Made by a program: the position numbers and the translations under genes. A stretch of DNA of 64,000 nucleotides from a virus: the IMG/VR virus record IMGVR_UViG_3300024518_004461, positions 47,009 through 111,008 of that record; one strand, 5' to 3'. The notes under the pieces were generated by a model. That model was not told where the DNA came from. It did not search any database and worked only from the letters and a program-made list of their open reading frames with translations. Below are positions 46,172 through 55,834 of this stretch, one piece after another. Numbering within the stretch: the first letter of the stretch is position 1; the number at the start of each line of letters is the position of its first letter.

Positions 46172-47428
46172 TCACACTGAACCGGCTTGATCAATGTTTT
46201 TTTCTTCTATCTTTTTATTAATAATTAGGGTTTCTATACTTGAGCACCGCTTTTTGCAAATCTCGTAACTCTCAGCCTCTAATTCAACCCCCACAAAGCC
46301 GAAATTGCCCTCTAATGCCGCTTGTCCGGTCGTACCACTGCCCATAAAAGGGTCCAGCACAACGCCACCAGGAGGCGTTACAAGATTTATTAAGTATTTC
46401 ATTAATTTAAGAGATTTGACAGTAGGATGCTTATTCTCAATTGTTTTATTTAATGTTTTCTCTTTTTTTGAAGCTTTGGCGCAATAAAAGAATCTTGAAG
46501 CCCCACCACTATCGGCATAATAAGGTTGCTCCGTTGCTTCGCCTTTATATGAACCAAATGTATCTTTACCAGCCTTGCCTTTAATCTTTCCCTTCATTTC
46601 TCCGCTTGTTAAAACACCTGTTTGGTTATCTAAAGTTTTAATAGCGCAATCGTCTTCACAATCCCATACCGCAATCGTTTCTGGTCCTTGATCTTCTACT
46701 TTATAAGGATGCCCCGCACCATTACCAAAAGGCTTTGCTCCATCGGTAAATCTATTGATTGTATAACCTTTTCCTTCTTTGGTTCCAACTTGTGTGCAGC
46801 CTGGTTTGTGAGATAAAATAAGATTAGCAGGAAAACGACCTTTGGTATGATCCACGGGGGCTCGTTTGTTTATTCCCCCTCCGTGAATTGCGGAAGTTCC
46901 GGCGCATCCACCTTTGGTCTTATCGTTACCAAGACCGATTCTACTCGCATCAATATTAATTCCACCTGTCCCGTGTTCTAAAACATTAGCAGCAATAGTC
47001 TTTTCTGATAAAGGTTTTCTTGCTAAAATCCAATGTTCGCTGGCAGGTTTTAAAGCAGTGCCCCAACCATCAAACTCTTTTATTTTTTTACCTATGTTAT
47101 GAGACTTGGGAAATCCACTTCCAAAAATGTGTGTAACAACATCCCTGATTTCAAATTCGGCATTTTCAATTGCGGTAGCAGTCCAATGACTTGTTCTGGG
47201 AATTGCCCAAACTAAAATGTGCGCTCCTGGTTTGAGAGTGCGGAAGGCTTCGGTCATAATAGATTCTAGCCAAGCAATCCATAACTTGCGCCCACCCTTA
47301 TCTTTATCCCATTTTTTACCCATAAACGCGATACCTGCGGGCGGGTCAGTTACCATCGAGTCGAAAGAGTTGTCCGGTAATTTCTTTAGAATTTCCAAAG
47401 AATCACCGTTTATAAGTGCGTTTTTCAT
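46172..47428 (-). CDS. DNA amino-methyltransferase (N6A/N4C, beta class)
   Basis: VTDPPA (motif IV variant), HPTVK and VLDPFMGSGTTG motifs. Confidence 0.88.
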   Translation of the reverse strand: MKNALINGDSLEILKKLPDNSFDSMVTDPPAGIAFMGKKWDKDKGGRKLWIAWLESIMTEAFRTLKPGAHILVWAIPRTSHWTATAIENAEFEIRDVVTHIFGSGFPKSHNIGKKIKEFDGWGTALKPASEHWILARKPLSEKTIAANVLEHGTGGINIDASRIGLGNDKTKGGCAGTSAIHGGGINKRAPVDHTKGRFPANLILSHKPGCTQVGTKEGKGYTINRFTDGAKPFGNGAGHPYKVEDQGPETIAVWDCEDDCAIKTLDNQTGVLTSGEMKGKIKGKAGKDTFGSYKGEATEQPYYADSGGASRFFYCAKASKKEKTLNKTIENKHPTVKSLKLMKYLINLVTPPGGVVLDPFMGSGTTGQAALEGNFGFVGVELEAESYEICKKRCSSIETLIINKKIEEKNIDQAGSV

Positions 47429-47465
47429 AAGAGTATATTAACATACTTGGACTTAAAAAGTAAGC

Positions 47466-47496
47466 AAAAAAAAGGGGGCTATTGCCCCCAAAAAAA
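47466..47496. terminator. Intrinsic terminator
   Basis: GGGGGC-AATA-GCCCCC followed by T8 on the minus strand. Confidence 0.8.
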
Positions 47497-47519
47497 TATC
47501 TTTTTTTACCTAATTTTTA

Positions 47520-48140
47520 TTATAGTGATACGCTAAGTCCAAGACCCAAAATATGAGCACTGGTCGTAGTATCTCCGATGGCGGAATTGAGCATATAAAA
47601 TGCGTTAACTCCAACCGAATTGGTAAGCGATTTGCTTACGCCAATTGTAGCACGATTGCCGGTCACACCGGAATCATCAACGAACACTTCGTCTGATACA
47701 AAAGGTGCAACACCCGCAACTGATGCGACTGCCGAAAGCGAAGTTCGCCCACGAATGGTATCTCCATCTCGCAATTCCAACTTTGACAAACTATCTAAAT
47801 TAATAGTTCCCGTCAAAAGTCGCAACCCAAGTGAAACCGAAACGCGCTGCTCACCAGTGCTTACGTTGCGATACCCAACACCAACATTAACAATATCACT
47901 AACTTGACTAGTGACACCAATGTCGGTATGTTGTCTAGACAACGTTGGACCAGCAATATCTCCAAACCGCAATTCTTCCCCAACATTTAGGGTTAGATTT
48001 TTGGTTAGATTACCGGACACACTAAGAGTGGTCCACACTCCGGTTTCTGAAGCCATCGCCACATTACCGATCAACAACATCGTACCCATAACGAGGGCAC
48101 CAAGTCCAATTTTTTGCATTGTTTTTTTGTTAAATTTCAT
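47520..48140 (-). CDS. DUF2490-like outer-membrane beta-barrel protein
   Basis: Signal peptide (..VAMA/SE), W at the mature N-terminus, EELRF and PFVSDEVF motifs, alternating beta strands. Confidence 0.7.
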   Translation of the reverse strand: MKFNKKTMQKIGLGALVMGTMLLIGNVAMASETGVWTTLSVSGNLTKNLTLNVGEELRFGDIAGPTLSRQHTDIGVTSQVSDIVNVGVGYRNVSTGEQRVSVSLGLRLLTGTINLDSLSKLELRDGDTIRGRTSLSAVASVAGVAPFVSDEVFVDDSGVTGNRATIGVSKSLTNSVGVNAFYMLNSAIGDTTTSAHILGLGLSVSL

Positions 48141-48318
48141 TTATTTTTCTCCTTATAACAAAAAGGCTAACATTAGCCCAAAAGTCGCGACCATAGTCGC
48201 TAGGCCGATATAATCGGCTATCTCTAATTGTTTTGGCATTATTGCCCCTTATTTATTGCGCGAACGCAAATAAAAAAATGTTCCTACAAGTCCTACGACT
48301 ATAAGAGCACCAATGACT

Positions 48319-48537
48319 TCAACACTCATTCTTCTTCTCCTTTTGAGCAAATAGCTCAAGCTCGGGCTCATCCATATCCATCCAAAACGAAAGCTTTTCT
48401 TTCGCCCAGTGTGCATAGACACCCATCTTATTTCCGCCATTAACATAAGGATTTGGTCCTGTTTTCAGCACCAACCCATAATCACCGCAAGCGGAAACTA
48501 TCATATCTCCAATTTTGAATCTATTCCTGTTCATCAT
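48319..48537 (-). CDS. SH3/KOW-like microprotein (dispersed family member)
   Basis: FKIGDMI..YGLV..HW..LELF motif. Confidence 0.6.
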   Translation of the reverse strand: MMNRNRFKIGDMIVSACGDYGLVLKTGPNPYVNGGNKMGVYAHWAKEKLSFWMDMDEPELELFAQKEKKNEC

Positions 48538-48540
48538 AAT

Positions 48541-48744
48541 TTATTTTTTACAATACTCTTTTCGACAAGGTTCATTACAAATAGTAAAACATTTTCCAAA
48601 CTCATGAGCAAAATTTATTGACCTCGCACATATATTACTACAGTCTTCAGCACATTTAAAAAAATTGTTATTGCACGTTATTTGCGGACGTTCTTCGCAT
48701 TGGAAGATGTTTATTAAAATAACAAATGCTAATGTTCCCTTCAT
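48541..48744 (-). CDS. Small cysteine-rich exported peptide
   Basis: Hydrophobic N-terminus, 9 Cys in CxxxC spacing, and its own promoter. Confidence 0.6.
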   Translation of the reverse strand: MKGTLAFVILINIFQCEERPQITCNNNFFKCAEDCSNICARSINFAHEFGKCFTICNEPCRKEYCKK

Positions 48745-48780
48745 GGTTTCCTTGAGTCGAGTTGCGACCTTATGAATACC

Positions 48781-48809
48781 ATTCTAAACTATGAGGGTGA
48801 GCATGTCAA
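48781..48809 (-). promoter_or_regulatory. sigma70-type promoter
   Basis: TTGACA-17-TAGAAT. Confidence 0.75.
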
Positions 48810-48823
48810 GGAAAAAAAATTGT

Positions 48824-50080
48824 TTAGAATTGATCTTCTTCAGTAGAGTTTATTAATGCTAAAGTTGAAGATTCTCCACCACTAATAATCTGTGAAACCC
48901 TATCAAAATAGCCTGTACCGACTTCTCGTTGGTGCTTTACAGCAGTAAATCCATTATGAACTTGATCAAATTCTTTTTGTTGCAATTCAGAATAAGCAGT
49001 CATCCCTAAATCTTTATAATCCCTAGCCAAAGAAAACATACTATAATTTAATGAATGGAATCCAGCTAGAGTGACAAACTGGAATTTGTATCCCATCCTT
49101 TCTAGAGAATTTTGGAACATCGCAATTGTATATTTGTCTAAATGCTTTTCCCAATTAAAAGATGGGGAGCAGTTATAAGCCAATAATTTATCTGGAAATT
49201 TCGAATGTATTGCATCGGCAAATTTCTTTGCCTCCTCAAGTGAGGGAGTTGAAGTCTCAAGCCATAGCAAATCGGCGAAAGGAGCATAAGCTAAACCACG
49301 AGCGATCCCCATTTCTAAACCACCTGTGATTTTATAAAATCCCTCCGGTGTTCTTTCGCCAGTCATAAATTTATGATCTCGCTCATCCACATCAGAGGTA
49401 ATAAGCTTCGCGCTATTGGCATCAGTGCGAGCAATCAACACAGTTGGAGTGTCGCACACATCAGCCGCCAATCTTGCCGCAGTCAAGGTACGAATAAATT
49501 GGCTTGTTGGAACAAGAACTTTTCCGCCCATATGCCCGCATTTCTTTTCAGAAGCCAACTGATCTTCGAAGTGTACACCCGCCGCGCCAGCCTCAATCAT
49601 TCCCTTCATCAACTCATAAGCGTTCAGCGGTCCACCAAAGCCCGCTTCAGCGTCCGCAACGATTGGCGCATAATAATCAATTTGATTATTTCCTTCAACA
49701 CTTTCGATTTGGTCGGCTCTCTGAAAAGCTTTATTAATTTTCTTAACAACTTGTGGAACACTGTTCGCTGGATAAAGACTTTGATCAGGATACATGTCAC
49801 CAGCAAGGTTTGCGTCAGCCGCAACTTGCCAGCCACTAAGATAGATTGCTTTCAATCCAGCTTTGACCTGTTGTACCGCTTGGTTTCCCGTAAGGGCTCC
49901 TAGGGCCCGCACAGCGTCTTTTTTATTTAGTAAGTCCCATAACTTTTCGGCTCCATCTTTAGCAAGGGTATATTCAATTTTCTTGCTCCCTCTAAGTTCA
50001 AGCACGTCCTTTTTATTATAGGATTTCTCAATTCCATTCCATCTATTTATCATTGGTAAATGTTCCCCCCAATCATCCAC
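48824..50080 (-). CDS. aceA: Isocitrate lyase
   Basis: [27 protein letters not shown], the catalytic [19 protein letters not shown] and [11 protein letters not shown] motifs. Confidence 0.97.
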   Translation of the reverse strand: MDDWGEHLPMINRWNGIEKSYNKKDVLELRGSKKIEYTLAKDGAEKLWDLLNKKDAVRALGALTGNQAVQQVKAGLKAIYLSGWQVAADANLAGDMYPDQSLYPANSVPQVVKKINKAFQRADQIESVEGNNQIDYYAPIVADAEAGFGGPLNAYELMKGMIEAGAAGVHFEDQLASEKKCGHMGGKVLVPTSQFIRTLTAARLAADVCDTPTVLIARTDANSAKLITSDVDERDHKFMTGERTPEGFYKITGGLEMGIARGLAYAPFADLLWLETSTPSLEEAKKFADAIHSKFPDKLLAYNCSPSFNWEKHLDKYTIAMFQNSLERMGYKFQFVTLAGFHSLNYSMFSLARDYKDLGMTAYSELQQKEFDQVHNGFTAVKHQREVGTGYFDRVSQIISGGESSTLALINSTEEDQF

Positions 50081-51569
50081 ATAAATTATCGTAACACTCT
50101 AAAGTCAGAAAGTCAATTATTTCCTCACTAAAGCATAACTTATTTAGAATTATACTTGTTTCTTCAAACTTTTTGTAGTGTTCAAATTTTTTTATTTCAG
50201 AGTTTATCACCAATCCAAGATATTTGTTTGTGACCTGCTTTCCATTAGATAAATATATTTTGTGTTTTCGCCACTGCCAAATTTGGGCTCTAGAGATTTC
50301 TGCCGTGGCAGCATCTTCCATAAGATTATCAATTGGGACACATCCATTACCATTTATCCAAGAATTAATATATTGAAAGGCAATAGATATATTTTTTCTT
50401 AAAGCAAAATCAGTACACGGACCTTTTGGAGCCCGCAAGAGATCAGAAGATTCAATAGAATAATTTAAACAAAGTTGTTTATCAATTTGGTTGTCGGCTG
50501 GCATATGTTCATCAAAAATATCTTTAGCAATATCAACTAAAAAAGGATGAGCAACCCAAGTACCATCATGTCCGTCCTGAACCTCACGTAATTTGTCAGC
50601 CTTTACTTTTCTCATCGCAATATCATTTGCTTCCGGGTCGTCCTTGATTGGTATTTGTGCTGCCATTCCTCCAATCGCGTGAGCGCCACGTTTATGACAA
50701 GTCTGTATCAATAGTTGTGTATAGGATCGCATAAAGTGCTGTGTCATTCCTACTTCATCACGATCAGGTAATACCGCGTCTCGAACATGAGAAAGCGTTT
50801 TTATAAAACTAAAAATATAATCCCATCGCCCGCAGTTTAATCCAGCAGAATGTGCTTGTAACTCATAAAGTATTTTATCCATTTGAAAGGCTGCGGGTAA
50901 TGTCTCAATAAGAACGGTTGCCCTAATTGTTCCTAGTGGGAGATCAAAAGATTTTTCAGAAAAAGAAAAAATATCACTCCAAAGGGCGGCTTCCAAATAG
51001 TCCTCAATCTTGGGTAAATAAAAATATGGTCGTGTTCCGTTTTTTAGAAGTTGTTTATGATTATGAAAAAAGTATAATCCAAAATCAAAAAGACTTGCCG
51101 GAATATTATTATAATTTTTTTCTAACAAGTGTAGTCCGCGAGGTCGAACAAACAGAGTGGCTACTTTTTTATTTAGTTTATATTCCTTCTGTGTTTCGGG
51201 ATCAATAAAGTCTATTTTTTTTCTTACCGCATCATAAAGATTTTGTTGTCCCTCCATACAATTTTCCCAAGTAGGAGAATTAGAATCTTCAAAGTCAGCC
51301 ATGAAAACATTTGCCCCTGAGTTTAGGGCACTGATAATCATTTTCCTAACTGGTGGTCCTGTAATCTCAACTCGTCTATCTAAAATGTCTTCAGGTGGTG
51401 GTAGCACTTTCCAATGTGGATCTTTGCTTTCTACATTCATTATATGTGCTGGTATTTTACCTTTTCGGTTTTGTCGGTTTAGTAATAGTTTTTTAATTTG
51501 TGGCTCAAATCTATCCTGTAAAACATCCAAAAATAATTTGGTGTCATAGGACAAAATATCTTTTGTCAT
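50073..51569 (-). CDS. aceB: Malate synthase A
   Basis: [53 protein letters not shown] and [12 protein letters not shown] motifs. Confidence 0.97.
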   Translation of the reverse strand: MTKDILSYDTKLFLDVLQDRFEPQIKKLLLNRQNRKGKIPAHIMNVESKDPHWKVLPPPEDILDRRVEITGPPVRKMIISALNSGANVFMADFEDSNSPTWENCMEGQQNLYDAVRKKIDFIDPETQKEYKLNKKVATLFVRPRGLHLLEKNYNNIPASLFDFGLYFFHNHKQLLKNGTRPYFYLPKIEDYLEAALWSDIFSFSEKSFDLPLGTIRATVLIETLPAAFQMDKILYELQAHSAGLNCGRWDYIFSFIKTLSHVRDAVLPDRDEVGMTQHFMRSYTQLLIQTCHKRGAHAIGGMAAQIPIKDDPEANDIAMRKVKADKLREVQDGHDGTWVAHPFLVDIAKDIFDEHMPADNQIDKQLCLNYSIESSDLLRAPKGPCTDFALRKNISIAFQYINSWINGNGCVPIDNLMEDAATAEISRAQIWQWRKHKIYLSNGKQVTNKYLGLVINSEIKKFEHYKKFEETSIILNKLCFSEEIIDFLTLECYDNLCG

Positions 51570-51572
51570 TTA

Positions 51573-51992
51573 TTATCCTTTTGAAAATTCTGCATCTCTA
51601 TACAGTGCGTAATAATAGTGTTCTATTGCGTGGTCTAAACACAAAGTTTTATAATAACTCCAATTTCTCCACTTCGCAGAACAATATAGTTCCCCTGCGT
51701 CTCCGCAATATTCACAGGTATGATAGCTTAAGATTTCACAGCTTTTTTTTACAATATCAATTATGTTGTCACTGTCGTCTATGCAAATATCTAAGACTCC
51801 AAATTTCTCCTGTATAGAAACAAATTCGGGGAATTTAAGTTCTTCTCCCATTTCTCCATCTATATAAGTTTGTATTGCAAGGCACATGTGGTCAATGATT
51901 GTAAACCATCCATTATTGCATGTGATACAATTTTTAGGAAATAATTGAGGGTACTTTTCATAGAGTGTATCCAGTTCTTGTGATTCACTCAT
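51573..51992 (-). CDS. Conserved phage hypothetical protein (QEKFG.L + zinc finger)
   Basis: GW..II, QEKFGVL and CEYCG..TLC..H motifs. Confidence 0.75.
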   Translation of the reverse strand: MSESQELDTLYEKYPQLFPKNCITCNNGWFTIIDHMCLAIQTYIDGEMGEELKFPEFVSIQEKFGVLDICIDDSDNIIDIVKKSCEILSYHTCEYCGDAGELYCSAKWRNWSYYKTLCLDHAIEHYYYALYRDAEFSKG

Positions 51993-52031
51993 GGTATAAT
52001 AACTATAGCATAAGTTTTATTATTCTTAAAT

Positions 52032-52062
52032 AAAAAAGGCACTCCCCGAAAGAGGAGTGCCC
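52032..52062 (-). terminator. Intrinsic terminator
   Basis: GGCACTCCTC-TTTC-GGGGAGTGCC followed by T6. Confidence 0.85.
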
Positions 52063-52086
52063 AAAAACATTATAGTTTTTTGTGAG

Positions 52087-52326
52087 TCAGATTACAGATT
52101 TAGACGTGGGGAAACGCCCGCGAATCTTGGAGTTAAAAAACTGACCCTTGGAGTCGGCACTCTTAAAGTTATTCAACGTTGCGCGTGATACGCCATCATA
52201 ATTGAAAACAGTAGTGGGTGCAGTGTGAAGAACAACGGACAGTTGTTCGGTTAGTGGATTATAGCCAATTGATTTGACTAAACTTGATTTAACTTCTTGC
52301 ATATTTTTTCCTTGGTGATCACTCAC
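52087..52326 (-). CDS. KTSC domain protein
   Basis: VKSS.VKSIGY...Y.GV...ADSKGQFFN..IRG pattern. Confidence 0.85.
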   Translation of the reverse strand: MSDHQGKNMQEVKSSLVKSIGYNPLTEQLSVVLHTAPTTVFNYDGVSRATLNNFKSADSKGQFFNSKIRGRFPTSKSVI

Positions 52327-52341
52327 CTATTGATTACAAGT

Positions 52342-52370
52342 ATTATACCAGAGGAAAATAGAAAGATCAA
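52342..52370 (-). promoter_or_regulatory. sigma70-type promoter
   Basis: TTGATC-17-TATAAT with an extended TG. Confidence 0.7.
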
Positions 52371-52603
52371 GCTTTTTTTACTTTAGATAAAATAATAATT
52401 TTTTCGTGATTTACTTCATGATAAAGTCTTCCTGCGGAGGAAAGAACATTATATTTTAATCGACGCCCGTTGTTCCAGCCACTACCGGGGGGAATTATTT
52501 CTTTAATCATTCCGTAGATATATGGATCTTCTTTATCAGTCCATCGAACGTTTGGCTTTCGAAACATTACCAAATCACCCTTGCTTGCTTTATCATTTAT
52601 CAT
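52367..52603 (-). CDS. SH3/KOW-like microprotein
   Basis: KGDLV..YGMI. Confidence 0.65.
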   Translation of the reverse strand: MINDKASKGDLVMFRKPNVRWTDKEDPYIYGMIKEIIPPGSGWNNGRRLKYNVLSSAGRLYHEVNHEKIIILSKVKKA

Positions 52604-52805
52604 TTTTTGCTCTTGCTAACAAAACAATATGCTTCCCGAGTTCAGGATAAACTTCGCCGTCATGCCACCTTACCATCATATAACATATATCATCGCCATC
52701 AGTAAAAACATTAATAACAATTCCTGTGTGACCTTTCACACCAAGTAAATCTTCACGGTAAGTTACTAGATCTCCAATATTATATATTATATCTTTATGG
52801 ATCAC
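52593..52805 (-). CDS. SH3/KOW-like microprotein
   Basis: IGDLV..GIVI..VRW. Confidence 0.7.
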   Translation of the reverse strand: MIHKDIIYNIGDLVTYREDLLGVKGHTGIVINVFTDGDDICYMMVRWHDGEVYPELGKHIVLLARAKNDK

Positions 52806-52833
52806 ATTAATAAATAGATAGTAAAAAACTGTT

Positions 52834-53034
52834 TTAGGATTGATGGCCTCTTTGACCTTTTGCTATAAGATAGAGTTGTCTGGATTGTAGCCATCTTATT
52901 TCCTCATCACTCCAAAGACACTTAATGTTATTGGGCATAACTGCAATAATAATTCCATAGCCACCAGTCTTACTAGACAAGATTGATTTCTGTCTTACGA
53001 GATCTCCTACGGAGAATACGGAAAGTCTTTTCAT
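52834..53034 (-). CDS. SH3/KOW-like microprotein
   Basis: FSVGDLV..GIII..CLW. Confidence 0.7.
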   Translation of the reverse strand: MKRLSVFSVGDLVRQKSILSSKTGGYGIIIAVMPNNIKCLWSDEEIRWLQSRQLYLIAKGQRGHQS

Positions 53035-53042
53035 ACATATAA

Positions 53043-53264
53043 CTACTTCTTGCCCCGAGAAACTAAATCAATGGAGTGCCCAAACAGCCACGAGGTTGCA
53101 CCACCGCACCATCTTATCTTATACTTGTTCGCGAGAACAGGATGTTTGTGAGGAGCATCTTTACAAACATCAAGAATAATTCCGTACCAATCTTTTTCAT
53201 CAAAGACGGTACTGCTTAGATTAGATTTTATCAAATCGCCTTTATCAAATTCCATCATGCACAC
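53043..53264 (-). CDS. SH3/KOW-like microprotein
   Basis: FDKGDLI..GIIL..IRW. Confidence 0.7.
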   Translation of the reverse strand: MCMMEFDKGDLIKSNLSSTVFDEKDWYGIILDVCKDAPHKHPVLANKYKIRWCGGATSWLFGHSIDLVSRGKK

Positions 53265-53470
53265 TTCGCCCTGGCTTCTATTTTTAATTGTTCTTCCACT
53301 TCATACATCCACTCGCCATACTCCCAAGCAACTTTATACATCGGTGCTCTCTTGTACGATAAGTGTTCTTGGTATATTATTTCGACAATAACTCCGGTAT
53401 AGGGTCGGAGTGTGTGGCTAACCAGATCGCCGATTTCAAATTTATTTCTCATTTTTATTTCCTTTCGCAA
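53255..53470 (-). CDS. SH3/KOW-like microprotein
   Basis: FEIGDLV..GVIV..VAW. Confidence 0.7.
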   Translation of the reverse strand: MRKEIKMRNKFEIGDLVSHTLRPYTGVIVEIIYQEHLSYKRAPMYKVAWEYGEWMYEVEEQLKIEARAKCA

Positions 53471-53651
53471 GTATAATCATGTGTTTGGGAAACTCAAGAG
53501 TCCGCGTATGTGGATTGCCCCACGGAAAGTTTAGCCACCGTACTTCAAGATAGTCACGATCACTGTTTTTACCCGTTAAGACTTCGCAAATATACCCTCG
53601 TCTATTAGGGTGTTTGGTTTCACAAACAAGATCACCCTTTTCAAAAAACAT
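53442..53651 (-). CDS. SH3/KOW-like microprotein
   Basis: FEKGDLV..GYI..VRW. Confidence 0.7.
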   Translation of the reverse strand: MFFEKGDLVCETKHPNRRGYICEVLTGKNSDRDYLEVRWLNFPWGNPHTRTLEFPKHMIILAKGNKNEK

Positions 53652-53803
53652 CAGTATTCCTCCAAGATTTTTTTAATCTTTCTAATCTTTTGTCGCGTCT
53701 TGTTGCGCTTCGTTAATTTATGATCGTGTGCGCCCGCTTTCCGTTTATAAAAAGCATTTGCGTCCCGGCCGCTGTCCCATATTTTTCTTCTATGTTTTCG
53801 CAC
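53651..53803 (-). CDS. 50-aa highly basic protein (not in ORF track)
   Basis: GTG start with GAGGTG SD; MRKHRRKIWDSGRDANAFYKRKAGAHDHKLTKRNKTRQKIRKIKKILEEY. It fills the gap exactly. Confidence 0.6.
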   Translation of the reverse strand: MRKHRRKIWDSGRDANAFYKRKAGAHDHKLTKRNKTRQKIRKIKKILEEY

Positions 53804-54011
53804 GAACCACCACCTCTACTACGTCCCAGTTTCCATAACATTTATAAATCCTACAAGGTTTTTCGATATCATGCCATTTAATATCTGCGAACTGCGAACG
53901 ATATTTACCGTTGTCGGGATACTCTCTGCCAAGCTTCACGATGACGCCCAATTCGCGTGTCGTTCTTACCGTCACCAAATCTCCAATATTAAAATCTGTT
54001 GCGTCCATCAC
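53790..54011 (-). CDS. SH3/KOW-like microprotein
   Basis: FNIGDLV..GVIV..IKW. Confidence 0.7.
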   Translation of the reverse strand: MMDATDFNIGDLVTVRTTRELGVIVKLGREYPDNGKYRSQFADIKWHDIEKPCRIYKCYGNWDVVEVVVRAKT

Positions 54012-54181
54012 GCCACCTTTATTAATCCAATCCCACTATGAATATCGGACGTGCCGTTGGACCACCGAACTTTTAAAGCACCTTGATCTGTAAATCCGAA
54101 GACAATACCCCTTCGCATTTTAAAGTATTCATTCTGAGTTTTTATTCGCACCAGATTTCCAACTTTAAATTCTTTATGCAC
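54008..54181 (-). CDS. SH3/KOW-like microprotein
   Basis: FKVGNLV..GIV..VRW; probable GTG start. Confidence 0.65.
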   Translation of the reverse strand: MHKEFKVGNLVRIKTQNEYFKMRRGIVFGFTDQGALKVRWSNGTSDIHSGIGLIKVA

Positions 54182-54383
54182 GTCTTTCACTTTTCCTTCG
54201 TCGTCGCAAATTTTTCTCGTTCCCTTCAAGGATAGGAAGCAATTTATTAACATCCACAATAGAAATGGTTCCATTATTTTGTTCAACCATCGCATCGTCA
54301 CCAACCACATCCACAATTCTAACACGGCAGGGGCGATTGTGCAAGCCCATACGAACTTTTGCTATTTCATTTTTCTTAAACAT
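54174..54383 (-). CDS. Small SH3-like hypothetical protein
   Basis: 69-aa beta-rich ORF, a divergent array member. Confidence 0.6.
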   Translation of the reverse strand: MFKKNEIAKVRMGLHNRPCRVRIVDVVGDDAMVEQNNGTISIVDVNKLLPILEGNEKNLRRRRKSERRA

Positions 54384-54618
54384 TTTTCTTTGCCTTTGCT
54401 ATTAATTTAAGTTTACTAGGTTGAGCCCAGAAGGTTCCATAATTATCTGCCCAACACACTTTTATCATAAGCCCACCAGGACCGGGGCTTGGTACGTCTT
54501 CACCAATCCCCACCACGACACCGAGTTTTTTAGCGAACGAATCCCATGTAATGCGCTCCACAAGATCACCAATTTCTAATTTATAAACATCATTGTTGTA
54601 ACTCATTTTTTGCCTCAC
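54376..54618 (-). CDS. SH3/KOW-like microprotein
   Basis: LEIGDLV..GVVV..VCW. Confidence 0.7.
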   Translation of the reverse strand: MRQKMSYNNDVYKLEIGDLVERITWDSFAKKLGVVVGIGEDVPSPGPGGLMIKVCWADNYGTFWAQPSKLKLIAKAKKNV

Positions 54619-54796
54619 TAACTAATTCCAGATTTTGTTCCAATAGCCATCGTTTTTTTTCGTTGGCAAAATAAATTTGATATGCATACACTTTGGGGTT
54701 ATCCGGGTGCGCAGTTCGATCTGAAATTTTCATGACAACACCAAAACCAAAATCGCAGAACCTATTCGACGAAACTAAATCTCCAACATTAAACAT
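54590..54796 (-). CDS. SH3/KOW-like microprotein
   Basis: FNVGDLV..GVVM..LELVS. Confidence 0.7.
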   Translation of the reverse strand: MFNVGDLVSSNRFCDFGFGVVMKISDRTAHPDNPKVYAYQIYFANEKKRWLLEQNLELVSEAKNELQQ

Positions 54797-54977
54797 TTTC
54801 TATCTCATTCGCCCAAAGCCAAACCCTTCGACCGTCCGGTAAATGCACAAGCCATTCTGCCGTGGTAATAGCCATTTGTTCGCCTTCACAGGGATTCTTG
54901 CCTTGTTTAATAATAATGCCTAAATCGCTTTCCATATAAACATTAAGTATCTTTACTAAATCGCCAGATTTAAACAT
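54789..54977 (-). CDS. SH3/KOW-like microprotein
   Basis: FKSGDLV..GIII. Confidence 0.7.
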   Translation of the reverse strand: MFKSGDLVKILNVYMESDLGIIIKQGKNPCEGEQMAITTAEWLVHLPDGRRVWLWANEIENV

Positions 54978-55188
54978 TTACAAATTCCTCCAATTCCCAC
55001 CCTAGATACCACGAATCGACTCCGACCAAGCAACGAAGAAAGTAGGACCATTGACCACCAGTTTGAGAAGTGCTTGTAACAACGCCATAATCATCCTCTC
55101 CATTAGTGCGCGTTTTTACTTTAACCATGTCGCCCACATCAAAAACTTTAATACCTAACCAATCATGCATTTGATTTTCCTTTCGCAA
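54970..55188 (-). CDS. SH3/KOW-like microprotein
   Basis: FDVGDMV..GVV. Confidence 0.7.
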   Translation of the reverse strand: MRKENQMHDWLGIKVFDVGDMVKVKTRTNGEDDYGVVTSTSQTGGQWSYFLRCLVGVDSWYLGWELEEFVNV

Positions 55189-55402
55189 GCAAATTTAATT
55201 CATTCGTCCAGATGCGCCAGCTTGAGCCAGGATGCCCCTCACATTCTTCATGCTTGAGCCACGTAACGATTGCGATCTTAGTCTCAACGCCTCCACAGAC
55301 TTGCTCAAAGCCATTATAGCCCCATCCAGTGAAGACACCTTGTGAACCAGGAGCTTGAATGTCTTCCACAAGATCACCAATACAAAATTCTTCAGGATTC
55401 AC
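55163..55402 (-). CDS. SH3/KOW-like microprotein
   Basis: FCIGDLV..GVF..VTW. Confidence 0.7.
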   Translation of the reverse strand: MNPEEFCIGDLVEDIQAPGSQGVFTGWGYNGFEQVCGGVETKIAIVTWLKHEECEGHPGSSWRIWTNELNLLAKGKSNA

Positions 55403-55610
55403 GAGACACCTTCCTTATCCATTTATAGGACATAATTTGATTTTCTCCACAAGGCAAGTGAACCACATAATAATCTTTTGACATACCAACTTGTTCAACA
55501 ACAATCCCCAAAGTTCCCGCAAGTATATCCCGACCCTCAATAGGGCCATCCAGAGAATCGATAACCTCAACCAATTCACCGATAATAAAGCTTGACGGAA
55601 ATTTTTTCAC
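55392..55610 (-). CDS. SH3/KOW-like microprotein
   Basis: FIIGELV..GIVV. Confidence 0.7.
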   Translation of the reverse strand: MKKFPSSFIIGELVEVIDSLDGPIEGRDILAGTLGIVVEQVGMSKDYYVVHLPCGENQIMSYKWIRKVSRES

Positions 55611-55834
55611 TTGGACACACTCGCAACTAATTCAAGACTCTTGGCATAATAATGCTTCCGCAAGTTTTTAGTTAATTCGGGCGAGTTTGACTTAATCCAC
55701 TTTATTCGAACAAGTTGCCGACCACTAAACATACCCACGTCTTCTATAATAATGCCAAGCGCATCTTGATTACGCCAAGTTATAGACTTTTTGTTTTTGA
55801 CTAAATCTCCTCTTCGGAATTTATAATTTTTCAT
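55607..55834 (-). CDS. SH3/KOW-like microprotein
   Basis: FRRGDLV..GIII..IKW..SLELVA. Confidence 0.7.
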   Translation of the reverse strand: MKNYKFRRGDLVKNKKSITWRNQDALGIIIEDVGMFSGRQLVRIKWIKSNSPELTKNLRKHYYAKSLELVASVSK

